A DNA stretch of 61,251 nucleotides, the filler included, from Kipferlia bialata (lineage: Eukaryota): assembly GCA_003568945.1 (NCBI GenBank). It is 3 parts of 3 records of this genome, joined end to end, with 100 filler letters (N's around TTAATTAATTAA, not from the genome) between each part and the next. Parts side by side here need not be neighbours in the genome. Positions count along the whole stretch, not along the records: positions 22,918 to 45,662 come from BDIP01000279.1; 2 more parts are not named here. The stretch is one strand, 5' to 3'. The notes beneath the pieces were generated by a model that saw nothing but the letters and a program-made list of their open reading frames with translations, did not search any database and was not told the DNA's origin. The translations under genes were made by a program, and so were the position numbers. Shown in pieces: positions 26,545 through 41,003 of this stretch (position 1 is its first letter; every line of letters begins with the position of its first letter).

Positions 26545-29500
26545 GTATAGACAGTCCACTCTCAATGTCCACTTCGCTCCCAACTGGGACAAGGGATACA
26601 CTACCAAGCGGCTGGTTAGGTATAAGCCGCTATGTATCATCACCGGTTATGTTGATGGTATTCCTTTATGTGTGGATACTGATTGTGGCTGAATGTCAAG
26701 TAGTGTAACCTGTGCTCCTCTCTCTAACACAAGACATGAGGGTCTGGCTGTCATGCACTGCCGGCTGGGTACATCCCTGGATAGTGGAAGGTGGACATTC
26801 AAGGTGAGGCCTATCTAGATACCCCCCCCCCCTCTTCCACTCAACTCAATACTATTCTACTATTTCAAGTCTGCAATTGACCTATTATCTATGCTCTGAC
26901 CCAGTGTAAGGTCAGTGCTCAGTACAACTCGGGCTACATGCAGTATGAGAGGGACCAGAGCATGCCATTTATGAAGAGAAAGGACGCCAATGGGAGCCCT
27001 AACAGGTGAGATACATGCATAGATAGTGAGATATATGCATAGAACCAAGAATTGACTACTCAACCCTTTCTTCATCTGAGACAAAACAGATACACCCTTT
27101 GTTCCAATGTTTTCAAAAACACAACCATGGTCTCACTCATCAGGTCACTCCCGCTCTCCCAAGGGGATATCTATCTGGGATCTGTTCTCCGTCAGTCGTA
27201 TGGGGCTAGAAACGGTGGCAGGAACGAGACAGGTGTCAGCAACGAGCGTCTGGCCCTGCTTGTGGCCACGGCCCTCAGGTACACCGTTCTTCTTGTTGTC
27301 TATAACAACCGGGATACTGCCCCTACCCATCACCTAGAGGGTGCTATCACAGTCTCTGTTATATTTTTCCCTCACCCCTCTCTGAGGAGGTTCTGCAACA
27401 CTCACACTCACTTATATGTGGTGGAAACTTACATAGTCATTCTCTTCCCCTCTCACCCTAGGTGGTTCTCCAACAGACGCGGCCTGGCCAACTGCATCAA
27501 GCGGCTGACGAAGAACAACGCCTACTTCCGCTGCCCCAACACCCGACCCAAGTACGGCCTGCCCCTTCCTGGTATCAACGAGCACTACTCCATCCCAGAC
27601 GCCATAGCTGTGTCAGAGGGACTAGAGGGGGTCGATGCATCTCTTGCCAAGACTGCTGTGATACTCGGCTTCGAGTACGTCGACCTCTTTAAGGCAGAGG
27701 CTCTACCAGTCTGTGAGAGTGAGGCTGCACGTGGATTGGTTCGTTCAGTGGACCTCTCTAGGCTCTCTGGTCTCTCTGCTGCTGGCCTGACCCTCTATGT
27801 CTCCATGCTCAAGTCCAGCAGCTATGTCAACCCTAGGGTACTGGATTGTGTGTCAATGGTTCTTGCGCTCAGAAACAGAGCGGCAGTCTCCGCAGCTACA
27901 GCAGTTGAGCTCGGCCGGATAGTAGCCCGCAGCAGTCCCCGTACCAAGCACTCCCTCACACAACTGAGAGGCTTGATACCAATAGTACCAACTGAGTTCT
28001 GGGTGCCAATCATACAGGTGTGTGTGCAGCACAGGACTAATGGTACCTATATAGATGTCGTGGTTGAGTTCTCTCACTCTATAGTTCATTATGACAATGT
28101 GAGTATGGATGTTCTGACACCCAGCACTGGAGTCAGTCCCATGGGTCTGCCACCACGGCTGGATTCACCTTCGTGGCCGATCTCCCCACTGACACATACC
28201 CCACCCAGTGTAGTGCCATCCTAGATGCTGCTGGGCGGTGCGGCCTCTACAGCGCAGGGTGGTCCCTCTCCCAGGTGTTACAGATGCCAGCTCTCTACAA
28301 GGGGGGTAGTGGCAGCACCCTCCTGAACAGGATACGCTCTATACAGGACCTAAGCCGCCTCCAGCAGGCAGTGCCTCTTCGCGTAGTCATGCGCCCACAC
28401 ACCGATCCCACCTCCATCATCGACCCCCTCTCCACGCTACTCAGAGTGGTGGGTATGGGTAACACCATCCCAGTCTTCAAGGTTGCTATGGAGAGTGTGG
28501 ACAGGACTGAATGCCTTCTCCATTCTCTACAGCAGGCAGAGATGTCGACCCAGGTGGTCGGGGGAGTGTTTACGTCTGCGATCAAGGAGTGTGTTGGGCT
28601 GGTACAGGAGATGCTTCAGCAGGCACCGGACACCGCAGTTGCTGATGTACCAGCTCTACTGGAGGGCGGAGACAAGAAGGACCTGGTTCTGGTAGCTGAC
28701 TGCGCTGACACCGTCCTCTTCAGACACTTCCTCGCCAACCCTCAGCTGCTGGGTATAGCACTCCCTAGTGCTGTAGTGCCTGATAGCGGTGGAGTAGTAA
28801 CCCCTGGGAGTGTGTCAGTAAGCGAGGACGAGGCAGAGAGAGAGAGAGACACGGAGGGTGAGGACCAGAGTGACGATGGCGAGATCATCCGATGCCCGCC
28901 AGAGAGTGGTGGAGAGATCGTGAAGTGCTACGATGCCACTCCTAGTCCAATGGGTCTACGCAGTAAGACCAGTGGTGTAGTTGGTGTCTCCGATCTCTTC
29001 TTTGTCGCCAACCGGGTGTCAGATATCAACACGAGTATTCGCTCCCGCACAGTAGACTCGGAGACTGCCGCCCTGCTTGCCAAGGTACCACTGTCTGTGG
29101 TTGAGGACCATATTGAGGGTTTGCCCTCTGTGGCCACAGGGAGAGCCAGACTCATAATGTATGGTCGCATCATCACTGCAATCCCCTTCCTCGAGGGGTT
29201 CAGCATGTCTCTTCTTCAGACTATGGAGGCTGTGGGCCATCCTGCCAAGAAGGAGGATAGGACCAGTGCCATTGACACTGTCAACACAGCACTCAAGCAC
29301 ATCAAGAAGGCACAGAAGGGCCGCCCTTCTGAGAAGGGCGGCTTCTCCCTCCCCGCCAAGCTGTGTACACCACTGCTATCTTCCCTTGCCGCTCTCTGCC
29401 GCACCTGCAACAGCGGCACCTTCTACGCTTGTGCCGCAGGGTCAGCCAAGGAGGGCCTACAGTTTGCGGCCACGCAGCCTGATGATACCGCCAATGTGCT

Positions 29501-32500
29501 CAATCAGCTGCAGCATCGGGGTGTGGGTGTCCCCATCAACGTCATATCTGACTTCACCTGGTTCATCGCTGACCGTGCCTCCCCCATGTACGTCCTCAAG
29601 GACGACACTCCCTTGCCAGAGAAGCTGCTTGCCCTACTCGATGTGGACTATGGGAAGTGTGAGGCGGTGCTTCTGTCTGTGGATCGGTACAGAGAGGGGC
29701 TGGAGCAGACAATCGCAGACAGCAAGTCCTGTGGTGTTACTGGTCTGAACCACAAGGCGGACTTCATTCTCGGCGAAGGGTGAGTGTATGACCATAGTAC
29801 TATGCTAGTATTCATGATGATATACTTACTATCAGGTTTGCGATGGTGCTGACCGGGAGTGGGCTTACCCTCACTGTCGGAGATGACGAGACTCAGCGCT
29901 GGGACGTGCATGACTTGCAGCTGTTGGAGAATCAGGTGAGTAGTATTGTTGTGTATATACTGCACACCTTAGCGCTATATGCAGGAGATTCTCACACTCA
30001 GATCGTCTTTAGCTCCAACAACGACCCCGCTCCTATCCTGTTGCGCGACCTCCTGAGTACGTTCCAATATACTTTTGTATCAATTCATGAACACACACTA
30101 GTACTCACACCCAGAGAGAGCCGAGGAGATATGTTCCTCCGCGGCCGCCGCTCTAGAGTCCCTCACTGGTCAACGGGTTAGCAGACAGGTGACATTCACT
30201 GCCTGTCACGATCCAACTGGAGCCCGTGACGACATGCTCAGAAAGCTGAAGACTGTGTGTGAATCTCTAGAGGCTGAGATACAGGGGCAGTACCAGATCG
30301 CTGAGGCGCGGCGGGAGGACCCCACATGTGCCTATATGACCACCAGAGACATCATATCCTGCGAGAGGGTATTGGACGAGCGCATCCACAACCACCACTT
30401 TGCAGATATCTCCGCCTTCCAGGTGGAGGCCCTCCCGACCCCAGTCACCCTCACTCCCTCAGCGGTGAGGTCAGCTGTTGTCACAGTAGAGACTGTGCTT
30501 GATACCGTCCAGGTCCTCTGTCGCTCAGCGTCTTCCCCCATACTGAGTGTACGTAACGTGCACCTTGGTAGTGGTGAGTCCACTATCGAGGACATAAAGG
30601 CCCTTGTTGCTCATGCCGCAGCCTATACCGATGTGTGTCATGTAGTTGCCCTCCCCAGTCAGATGCCCCAGAGCGTCCAGGCCCAGATGTCCAAATACCT
30701 TAAGCCCAACTCTTCCCACCTGCCGGTTGTCTATGGTCCTATAGTACTGTGTGATGTCGCTGACAGCCCTGCAACGGTCTCTTTCAAGCACACAGCGGTA
30801 GACAGAGCATCCCTTGAGGGGCTCGTGGCTATCAAGCGAGCAGCAGCTGTTGCGAGGCGTGTTCTGCTGGTTACCAGTGCACATGCAGGGATGGGCAAGA
30901 CAACTGCAGCAAGGCGCCACCTTGGGGACCACCACCACACTCTCCATGTGTCGGGACCTGCTCGCTACTCCACTCTGTGCAAGACTGTTCTCAACCAGCT
31001 TCAAGATGCCACCTCACCCTACAACCTACACATTGAGGTTGGCAGGCCGCTTGGAGATGGAGAGTACACTCCAGGGCAGTGGGTGGCGGAGAGTGCTGTG
31101 TTCTCCCTCCGCTGGCTTGGTGGTCTGAGGGGACCTGGTATAGTGGTACCTGCACCTCAGAAGGTGGCTGTGGAAGTGGCGTCAGACATTAGCAGTCTGG
31201 TTGAGACATATGCCGGTATCGTCGGTGTCCCTGCTAAGCAATTGGCATTCCCAACCACAAGTGACCAGTTTGCAGGTCAGTACGATACTGAGGCCTCTGT
31301 AGATGCGTACAGCGCTGCCAAGGCTCTCTACGTGCTGGCCAAGAACCAGACCGTCGATAACCTAGCTGATCTCTGCAACTGTGCACCTCGTGCCGACGTG
31401 CTGACACACGCATACAACACAATCTGCACAGGGGGACAGAACTCTTGGTCATCGGTTACTTCAGTGCTGCTTTCAATCAAGCCCACTCTGGAGCGCATTG
31501 GCCACTGCCCTCACTTCTGGACGTTTAAGGAGGACGGGAACATGGACCGTAACGCCTTGCAGGCTAGGTCTGAGGTGATTACCCAGGCCGTTGACTATGC
31601 CAAGCAGTACGGCATTGAAGCAGTGATGCAGACTGTGCAGTGTCAGAGAACAGTGATTGAGAACGGCCGCAGGGAGAGTGCGGTAGAGGGAGAGGTACAG
31701 AACGAGTACCGCGTTGGTTACGCCAACCTCAAGTGCACCTACATCACCATCGACAGTGACAATGCCCCTTACGCCTTCAGCTCCTCCAGCTTTGCATGGC
31801 CCAGCGCCTACCAGTCCATCCTCAGTATGTACCCAGACAGAGACAGACAGGGCAACCTGAACAAGGCTACCTCTGATACACTCTCCTCAGAGCAACACAA
31901 GCGTCGGCTCATTGACTTCTGCCTTGGGCCTTCAGCAGTGACGAGTGGTGCTAGCTTCCAGTCGAGTGTGGCTTCATACAAGTACACTGCTGATGCCGCT
32001 CTCAAGATGAGTATGCTACACGCTAAGGTGGATAGTGGGCAGCCAGTGGTTCTGATAGGCGACGGAGGCACAGGCAAGACAGCGCTTGTCACCACATACC
32101 TCGAGATGATGAAGACTCTCTCTCAGAGTGGGTCATTCGACTGGAGGGCCGAGACAGTCAATGCATCTACATCTGAGGATACTATTGAGTCTCTGTTTAA
32201 GAGCACTCTATCAATGGGGTCTGTGCAGAGATACGTCCTCTTCCTCGACGAGGTCAATGCCTCTCCATTCAGTACAGAGATCATGTCTGGGGTCCTAGCA
32301 CGGCAGTTCCGTGGCACCAGGTTCCCATCATGTCTTAGCGTGGTTATGGCTGTCAATCCCCTTCGTACGTGCCACAAGGAGAATGAGATGCTCCGTAGCA
32401 TGACACACAAGGTCCCCTACGTGTTTAGAGTCAACCCTATGCCAGAGGCAATGCTACAGTGCATGATTGACTTCGGCAGTCTCGCCCTAGAGGTACTTAC

Positions 32501-35500
32501 CCTCAGACTCGTATCCATACTGCCATACATTTGACTTAGACATATATATTCTCTAACAATAGGATGAGGCGATCTATGTGACTCAGATACTCCAGTCCGC
32601 TCAGAGCGAGGACCCCGTCCTCGACATCACTGATGCTCTTATCAAGAGAGTGGTAGCCACCCACCAAGCTGCCAAGAGATGGTCAGAGGGATATTCCTTT
32701 GCAGTGTCTCTTAGGTATACATTTATGGCTCTATCCACTCAGGGCTCTATCTTCTATATGTGCATATAATATCCAGGGATGTAAATAGGTTCCTAAGCCT
32801 TCTCAAGGTGGCAAGAGTGGTCTTCACTACCCTTCTCTCCCGTCGTGGTGCTAGTAAGGCTGACGTAGAGTCCTTTGTTCTCCACCTCACGTACGTCCTG
32901 CGGATACCAGACCCCGTCCGTAGGGACAGTGTCATAGAACAGATGGGTTCTAGAGCAGGGGATGGTGTGGAAAGGTGCCAGCAGGAGTGCCTTAGGTGGC
33001 TGGATGAGGGAGCAACTACCACTAAGTCCTCTGATACGGGTGGTATTGTAATCGCCAAGAACGCCGCATACAAGGAGAATGCACCCGCTCTCCTCATGTG
33101 CGTGTGGGCCAAGGTATGTAGCTACATCTTGACCATCTTATAGCAGTAATATATCCATAGCTATTATGTACACTACTAACCCAGGTTCCAATCATCATCA
33201 TTGGAGAGCCTGGTACCTCCAAGTCCCTAGCATTGAGAGTCTGCTATGAGTTCCTCTCCTCTGCTAAGAGGAACACCATATACCCTACCAGAGTGGTAGA
33301 GACAGTGTATCAGGGCACCACACAGAGTACCTCTAGCGCTGTAGACTCTGTCCACAGGGAGGTCCTATCCAAGGTTCCCAAGGTATGGGAAGTGGAACCG
33401 TGTAGTATAGTCATAGGATAGTATCCTAAGGATACTATGTATGTCGTGTCTTAACACGCAGGACAATTACCGTGTAGTATAGTCATGGGATACTATATCG
33501 TGTAACATTTAGGACAATTCCGGCACCATCACCCCCCTCTTTGTCTTTGATGAGCTTGGTCGTGCTGCTCAGGCCCCTGGTAACCCTCTTAAGGCGCTGC
33601 ACTCTATCCTAGAGCCTCATGGCGGACAAGAGAACCTGACCTTTGCCTTTGTTGGACTCTCCAACCACAGCATCGACTCAGCACCTACATCTAGGGCACT
33701 GGTTCTGTACAGGTACCGACACTCTTCTCCTGATCTCTGACACTGACTGCGATGTTGTACTGTACTCACTACCAGGCTTGGCACCGATGAGGGTCTTGCT
33801 GCCACTGTCAGGCACCTGCTACATGGAAAGGTCTCCGATGGGCAGGCAAACACGCTGGCACGCTGTCACTCTGCCCTGATACAGAGTATGAACCATAGGC
33901 TCAGAGGAGAGATTGGCAAGTCCATCTTCGGACTCAGGTACACGATGTAAAACTGACTTTGGCTTTACTATCCACTAACCCTGCAGAGACGTGTACTTCC
34001 TGGCCCACCGTGCTCTAGCTGAGGGTAAGGTTGGTATCACTGATCCAGGTGCTAGGGCTCGTGCACTAGTTGCCAGGTGCTACAGTATAGGGTACGCCAG
34101 AGAGAACAGCGACCTATGCAAAAACATGGTCGATGCTACACACAGAATCCTAGCCACTCTCAGTGCTGCACACACACATTCTAGGCACAGACCATTCTCC
34201 TCGTGGATACGCTGGCGTGGCGGCAGGGGGGAGATTGTCAAGACTAAGGCTGATGAGTGCACAGCCTACCAGGCACTCAAGGACGCCCTTCAGGATACAC
34301 ATGAGTGCGCTAGGTGGGCACTATCCATAAACACATTATATTGTAGGTTCTTAATATCTAACAGCAGGTACCTTTTGGTCCAGACAGAGTCTCCAGAGCT
34401 TATAGTGGAGGCGATGCAGAGAGACGAGAGGCTGTTTGCAGAGTCCAGCAGGGGTATTGATGTGCTCAGTGGGTCCCACTTTAAGGGTGATACCGGGGTC
34501 AGCAACTCCATTGAGACACTGTCGGCACTCATTGATGGGGCTAGACGGGGAAGGTACTTTCACTGCAGTGATATTGAATCTCATTCGGACTCACTTCAGG
34601 GTTGTGGTGCTGGTGTCGCAGCAGAGAATCCTGGACTCTCTCTATGACATGCTGAACAAGAACTACACGAAGCTTAGCAACAAGGGAGAGACCTCCATGT
34701 CATGCAGGTATGTAAATGAGTGTGTTCTTATACTGCTATATAGCCGTTCTCCGTCTCACATCAGAGTATCACTCGGCAACTGCGCTGACAGTTTTGTGAG
34801 AGTCGCCCCTACCTTCAAGCTTGTCATCTGTCTCTCCGCTGCTGAGGTTGCCGCAGAGGAGCCCGCTCTACTGCAGAGACTAGAGAAGATCAGGCTGGAC
34901 ATACAGGATATGGGTGAGGCTGGGAAGGCTGAGAGGACTGTGCTCCTACACGATGCCAACCAGGCTGCCCTGGCAGAGATCCAGCGTGTTGTGCCACGGC
35001 TGGGTACTGTCCAGCAGATACAGGATGGACTTCTGTGGCTTCATTCCACCCAGAGCACCCAGAGTGACACAACAGACATCATGGGTCTCGCTTCCTACCT
35101 TGTTCCCCCTGCTCTCCTGCTCCAGCACATTCTACACGATTCAGTCAGACGCACAGCCCGCACTCTAGAGTCACAGTCTTCACTCCTTGATGGCTCTATA
35201 TTCCATGGCTGCATGGACGTGCTAGACCTCATCCGGATGCTACTTAGAGAGAGGAATGAGCAGCATACCACTCTGGCTGGGGTTCCAGTAGCCCTTTACA
35301 GACGGGCTCTAACTGAAAATATAAGTGACGTTGGGGGGTCTCTTACCGACCTTGTGTGTGCTGGAAGGGACATAGGGGTAGCAATGACTACCATGGGGGT
35401 GTATGACTATGAGACACAGGAGAAGTTCATGGACGCTGTCGACATGGTGCCAGAGGGAGATGTCGTCGTCTGTCACCTCGGTACGGCCACTGAATTCATA

Positions 35501-38500
35501 CCTCAGGTGCAGTCCATTCTGATGAGGAGACAGGGCCTCAGTGTGATTGCTGTGGATAACACCACTGACACCAACTCAATCAAAGTGGGAGTTGCATCTG
35601 GAGTGTGTGTAGTGGACTGCCTAGTCAAACCAGACCTCCCGGTTACCTTCAGCCCCCAGCCTACCTTGAATCTCTCAACTACCCCGTCTGCCGTTGCAGA
35701 CATGGCTGATCGGGGACTCAAGAGACTCATTGAGGCATCGCTGCAGAGAGGCCTTCACCTGGCTCTGGCTGATATACGCGACGGGCAGACTACCCTCTCT
35801 CCTTCCAGGGCTAGAACAATGGCTACGTTTGTTAGCACTCACAGCGCCAAGATTGCCTCACTGGCACTCAGTCACGTTAGAGCCACACTAATGGCAAGAC
35901 ACGGTACACGGGGCCTCGTCACACTTGACATACTGAGGCGGTACTCATCTCTAGTGCAAGCTACTGAGGACGTCCTCATGACCTCGACAGCACATGCCCT
36001 AGTACCATTACTCAGAGTACTGGCCTCCAGAGGCCTACTAGAGGGGCACCTTGCAGTAGAATCGGACTCTCGTACTGCCTTCATGTACGCTGATGCAGTC
36101 AACACTGCTTTGGCGACCCAAGTACAGAGCGAGTGTACCACTGACATTGTCAAGCACTCCTTAGACATGACTGGAGTGACTGCAGATGATATGAGGGCGG
36201 CACACTTCCAGCAGAGTGACGCTTCCCACATCCTAGCCCCTCTTGTACCCTGTGACATGTCCGGTGTACCCACTCTCCTGATCAACGCGGTTCGCACCAC
36301 CCTCTTCAACAGCCTGGACCTCCCACACGACTTGAGCAGGATGTCAGAGGCTGTGCCGTTCTGTGTACGGCGTGCAGTGGAGGCCCTAGAGGAGTCTTAT
36401 CATGATGAGGTGGAGCGGGAGACCCTGCCTATCCTCTGTAACATTGTTCTGTCTCAGCTCTCTCTGGGTCCCATCAGTACCTCTCAGCAGGGCCTAGAGG
36501 CTGCCGTGCAGGCAACTCTTGTATGCATGTCCCCTTGTGGAGAGGACACCTCTTCCTTTGAGACCCTCTCTCAGATGCTGGAGTGTGGTATCACATACAT
36601 GGGCAGTGAGTATTCCAGGTTCGACGCATGCACCCCCTCAGGAGCTGTTGCCCTCTCCAAGGACCCAGCAGAGCTACACGATGCACTGGTGAGCGTGGTA
36701 GGAGACACTGCCACCCAAAGCCAGAGACTGGCCCTATTGCCCATTGGTGACATTGGAGACAAGGACTATATGAGTGTGTGTTCCATCACTCCACCAAGAG
36801 TCGAGGATACCCTTGCCTGTGAGGTCTTCACAGCACGTCTCTGTACTGACGTTGGGGTAACACAGCTATTATCAGACACCAGACGGATAGACACTGGCCT
36901 TTCGCTGATGTTATCCCACCACGCCGAGCAGGTTCTGTGTGGTGATACTTCAGTCCTGTCTGGAGCTGGTGCTACAGGAAACGACGTCCTCTCCCGTGTA
37001 GCTTCAGTGCTTCAGGAGGACACTCTCACTGTAGGGTGGGCCGTGGCTGCTGCTGTGTTTAGACATCTCGCGGTACTCGCCTGCAGCGAGACTCCCACTG
37101 GTCTCTCCCCTGAGGCCCTCTCTAGCTTCTTCAACACCAACAGGCTATGTCAGATGGCGTTTGTGTGGCACAGCTACCAGGGCAGAGACACTCAGACAGA
37201 GTGGGTGGAGAGGCGGGTGGCAGCAGTGCTCGGAGTGACTGCCGCAGCAACCATCTTTGTGGGTAGCTATCAGCAGCGCTACAGGATGACGGGGGTTGTG
37301 GACTGGGCACTTATGTGCCTACCAGCCTTCGGTGGAGACGCAGTCAGCAACCAGAATGACCTCTCCCTCTTCCGCCAGCAGCTAGTGTGTGCCACTAGTT
37401 CTGACGCTGAGGCAAGTGTAGCTATCCCTGAGAGTGTCTCTCAGCTCTATGAGTATGTTGGTATAGTGGGACTTGCAGCCCTCGGTGAGGTGGCTGGATG
37501 GGACACCACAAACTCTGATACCATTCTTCATGCTGTAGTGTCGACTCCTGACGACTACCTGCTACCCTTCGAGTGGCTCAACTCAGTATACGCCACCAAC
37601 ACCTACACGAGAGATGATCGTGTCATGGAGCAGGACGATACCGCCACTAAGACTACGGTGCGTCGGTGTCGTGGCTGCGGGTTCACTGGGTTCGTTGGTA
37701 ACTGCGGTGCTCATGACCATAATAAGATACCAGGAGGTTATGGGTTCCGAGAGTGCCCCGGCCCCGATTGTCACTTAAAGTTTACAGAGCAGAACACCAC
37801 TGCAGTAACAATGGAAGCAGAGCCACCCCGCTCACCTAAGTCTGATAGTGTATGGGCCGGAGATGTAGAGAGTGGGTTCGTGATTGACGCTGATGTAGCA
37901 TCTCCCACGGAGGCATCCTTCCCCTTCACTCGCCACATGCAGCAGCACCCCAGGGAGACAGTGTTTGTACGCGGTGTGTTGGCTGCGCTTAGTCTCCAGG
38001 AGAGAGTGCGAACACACACCTACCAGAACATGTCTGTGGAGCTTAGAAGGACGCTTGTACAGAGGGTATCGGCGGCAGTGACAGAGTTTGGTGATGCCCT
38101 GCTCCCTCTTATACGCCGCGCCTCTGCTACTCTTCAAGGGCTACCCGTATTCTCTGATGTATCTGCTAGATACAACCAAGAGGCCTCTCTCTGTCAGACC
38201 CTTGCTCTGGCTGATGGGGGCCCACCTGTCCACAGCGCAGTATCAGGAGAGGACACTTCAACCGCCTTCCCCTTCACACCTGCACAGGCGGTCTCACAAG
38301 ACCAGAGGCAAGACTACGTCAGCCTCTTGTCCCCACAGGAGCCTCGCCCCCTTCTCCTCGGCGATTCCTCTGCAGCCCATACTGGAGGTGACACTATGCG
38401 GTCATCAGACCATGCAGCAGCGTGGTGTGGTGCACTTGTGCTGCTGCCCCAGGTCCTAGCCCTACCCAGGGTGGTACTGAGACCTCTCTGCAGTCTTGCT

Positions 38501-39640
38501 CTTACTGTCGACGACGAGATTCTAAGGCAGCCACTTAGAGAGGTGCTGAGCAGTGTGGGTGCCGATATAGTGGCTGCAGAGTCCGCAGTTCAGGCGTGGA
38601 ACGCAATGGCACGTTCATTCTCCCTCCATAACTGTCCGATCCGTATAGACTGTACGCGTCTGGTCAGCCTTCCAGAGATATTTGACGATGTTACCTTAGG
38701 TGAGTTCCTGGCCATGTTAGAGGATGTCAACGGGGTAGGGTCAGAGGGTGCAACGCCACTCTCCACCGTGTTGTCCCTGTTGATACGCCAGCACAACGCC
38801 ATGGTGCAGACATGCCTTCAGGAGCTGGGTGTGTGCAACCTGAACCTACACAGAGTCAGTTCTAGTGCCTACTCACTACGTGACATACCGCCACACCTTG
38901 ACAGTCACTCAGTGGAGCCAGTCCCCGCACTCTCTAAGCAAGCGTCAGAGATGCTTTCAGGAGCCAGGGTACTCTCAGCCTTACCCTCCCTGGTACTGAT
39001 TGATGAGAGTGAGAAGCCATTGAAGATATCCAAGCCCGCTCTCACTGGCTGTCTGCAGTGGGTACAGGATTATGAAGACCAAGGAGATGTGGTGGTGAAG
39101 GTGCCTCCCCTCCGTGATGCACTGATTACTGCCGTCAACAGCATACCACAGGAGCATGTGAGCAGAGCCGTAGTGGCTTGCCTCACTGCGCAGGATGCGG
39201 TATCAACTACCGCTAGGCAGGATCAGGATTCTCAGAGTACATTGAGGGAGTTCCTCGACTCCTGTGGTGTATCTCAGCACGTCAGTGTTCTGGAAGAGTA
39301 CAAGCTGCTCGGGATACAGGTCCGGCAGGTGCTGAGGCTATCCTCAGCCCTTCAGGCCAGGCTAGAGTGGAGTGACATAAGGGCTGGGCTGCGCCCTGTC
39401 ACTGATACCTGGACACGGGAGGAGACACACATGGCCCTATCACGTCTCTCTCCCAGTGACAAGTCGATCCTCCAGAACATGCTGAAGGTTCTGGCCTATC
39501 GTGTAGAGCAGAGGTTCATGAACCAGGCTGTCTCTACTGTCAACTACTGTACTAAGTATGAGCTGACTGAGTGTGGTGCTGTCGTTCGTGATGTGCTAGA
39601 TGCAGTACACTTTGGGGCCCTCGTATCGTACTTTGCATAA
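26545..39640 (+). CDS. RNF213 (mysterin)-like giant multi-AAA+ ATPase / putative RZ-type E3 ligase; roughly 3,800-3,900 aa, 5' end lies in the gap
   Basis: RNF213-type motifs in order: HAGMGKTT (~30882), VLIGDGGTGKT (32058), LFLDEVN (32241), IIIGEPGTSKSLA (33203), YQGTTQSTSSAV, FDELGRAAQAPGNPLKALHSILE, FVGLSNHSIDSAPTSRAL, FGLR|DVYFL, SRYLLVQT, GSHFKGD, ILDSLYDMLNKNY, VRVAPTFKLVI, PALLQRLEK. A Cys cluster lies at 37667-37774, the terminal exon is ~4.9 kb, and the stop TAA is at 39638-39640. Confidence 0.85.
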
Positions 39641-40604
39641 ATTGGAGACAAACCCAGAATAGGGAGTAAGAAGTGTCCTTTAGTACGGTATATGATCAAG
39701 CTCATTTCATGAAGTTATTCATGAGATTACGATAATCTCATCAATGATAATCATTATCAAAGAAATAGAAGCTGGCGCATTACGTGCCAATAGTTTGCAT
39801 TATATCAGACTGGTTTCTCCCACAATCATTTGATATATATACAATAGAGTACTCTCTATAGGCTATATGTAGCAGAACATAGGTTCTCAAACACAAGAAT
39901 AGGAGATTCTCAGCCTGAGATTCTGAATCTCAGGTCGAACAGAAAGAGCCTCTATTGAGTGCAGTGCTGATTTCAAGGGTTTCTGGAGGGTGGGAAGGGA
40001 AGAGGGGGAAAAGAGTACATTTTGTGGTTGAAACACCACTCCACTGAGTCACCGGCGGTGACAGAGCGGTTCCTCTGATATGTACTGGGTATATGCTACA
40101 TATACTGTTTGTGTCTCCACCTTCCCCCTCCCACTCCATCGCACTTGTCTTCTAGCCCAAAATCTGGATGATGGGTAATCATATGTGGATACCGCGGCTT
40201 TCGAAGAGGGTGTCAACTATCTCGGCGACGGTGGGGTTAGGACCCATTTTAGTAGCTGCTCTCTGAGTACTCAACATAGGCATATTAGTAACTGAGTACT
40301 TTGGTGGCCTGAAGTAGAGAGTAAATAGTGTTATCGGTCAGAGGTATACAATATCTAAACTATTAATTTACCACATTTTATGATTATTTTATATACTGTA
40401 CGATCATGGAACGAGAATGAGTTTTCATTGCTCGATGGATGTGGCTGCCGGGCTGATAGCGAACACTGTATAATGGAACCAAAAGGTTACCTAAGTACCA
40501 AACAGCAGTAATTCTAAGGGCTATTGGAATTGGAGGAGGGGGGGGGGGGATCGACTTAGTTAGAGTTCAAGTTCAGTGATAGAGAGTAGATCTACTATCT
40601 ACTT

Positions 40605-41003
40605 CTAATATCTATTCTTCATCTGCTCCTTGATATACGCCAAATTGTAGGCATGGATCTCATTTGTCAGCAGTACAGTACTTCGGAAATGCCTAGACTT
40701 ACGTCTCTCCTTCATAGTGGCCCAAAACCTAGCACATTGTGCTGAGACAGTAACCTGATCCTAGGGAGTGAGGAAGCTCAAAGGAGAATACTATTAGTCT
40801 TACTGTTGATAATGATGCATCTGACAAGTGTGTACCTCCCGTGTTAAGGCCCTTTTATGTAGGTGAGGGGGCTCAAAGGAGAGGTATACACAAAGAGACT
40901 CAGAGCACAAAAGAGAGAGTGTATGACTATTTATATGTACCTCCCCTGTCAAGGCCTTGTACTCACTGAGAGTCGATACAGAGAGAACATCTGGGGATGC
41001 GGG
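40605..41003 (-). CDS. Small orphan protein, paralogue A (last two exons)
   Basis: PASPDVLSVSTLSEYKALTGE|DQVTVSAQCARFWATMKERRKSRHFRSTVLLTNEIHAYNLAYIKEQMKNRY*. It is homologous to 44577-44894 and shares the intron position. Confidence 0.55.

Noticed and set aside
26096..26620. MAF1-RNF213 fusion across the N gap
   Set aside because: The MAF1 exon ends in phase 0 and the next visible exon needs phase 2. The unsequenced gap could hold both gene ends.
34436..34763. ORF-track start of a stand-alone 1734-aa protein
   Set aside because: This frame reads through two introns. It is the 3' part of the spliced RNF213-like gene.
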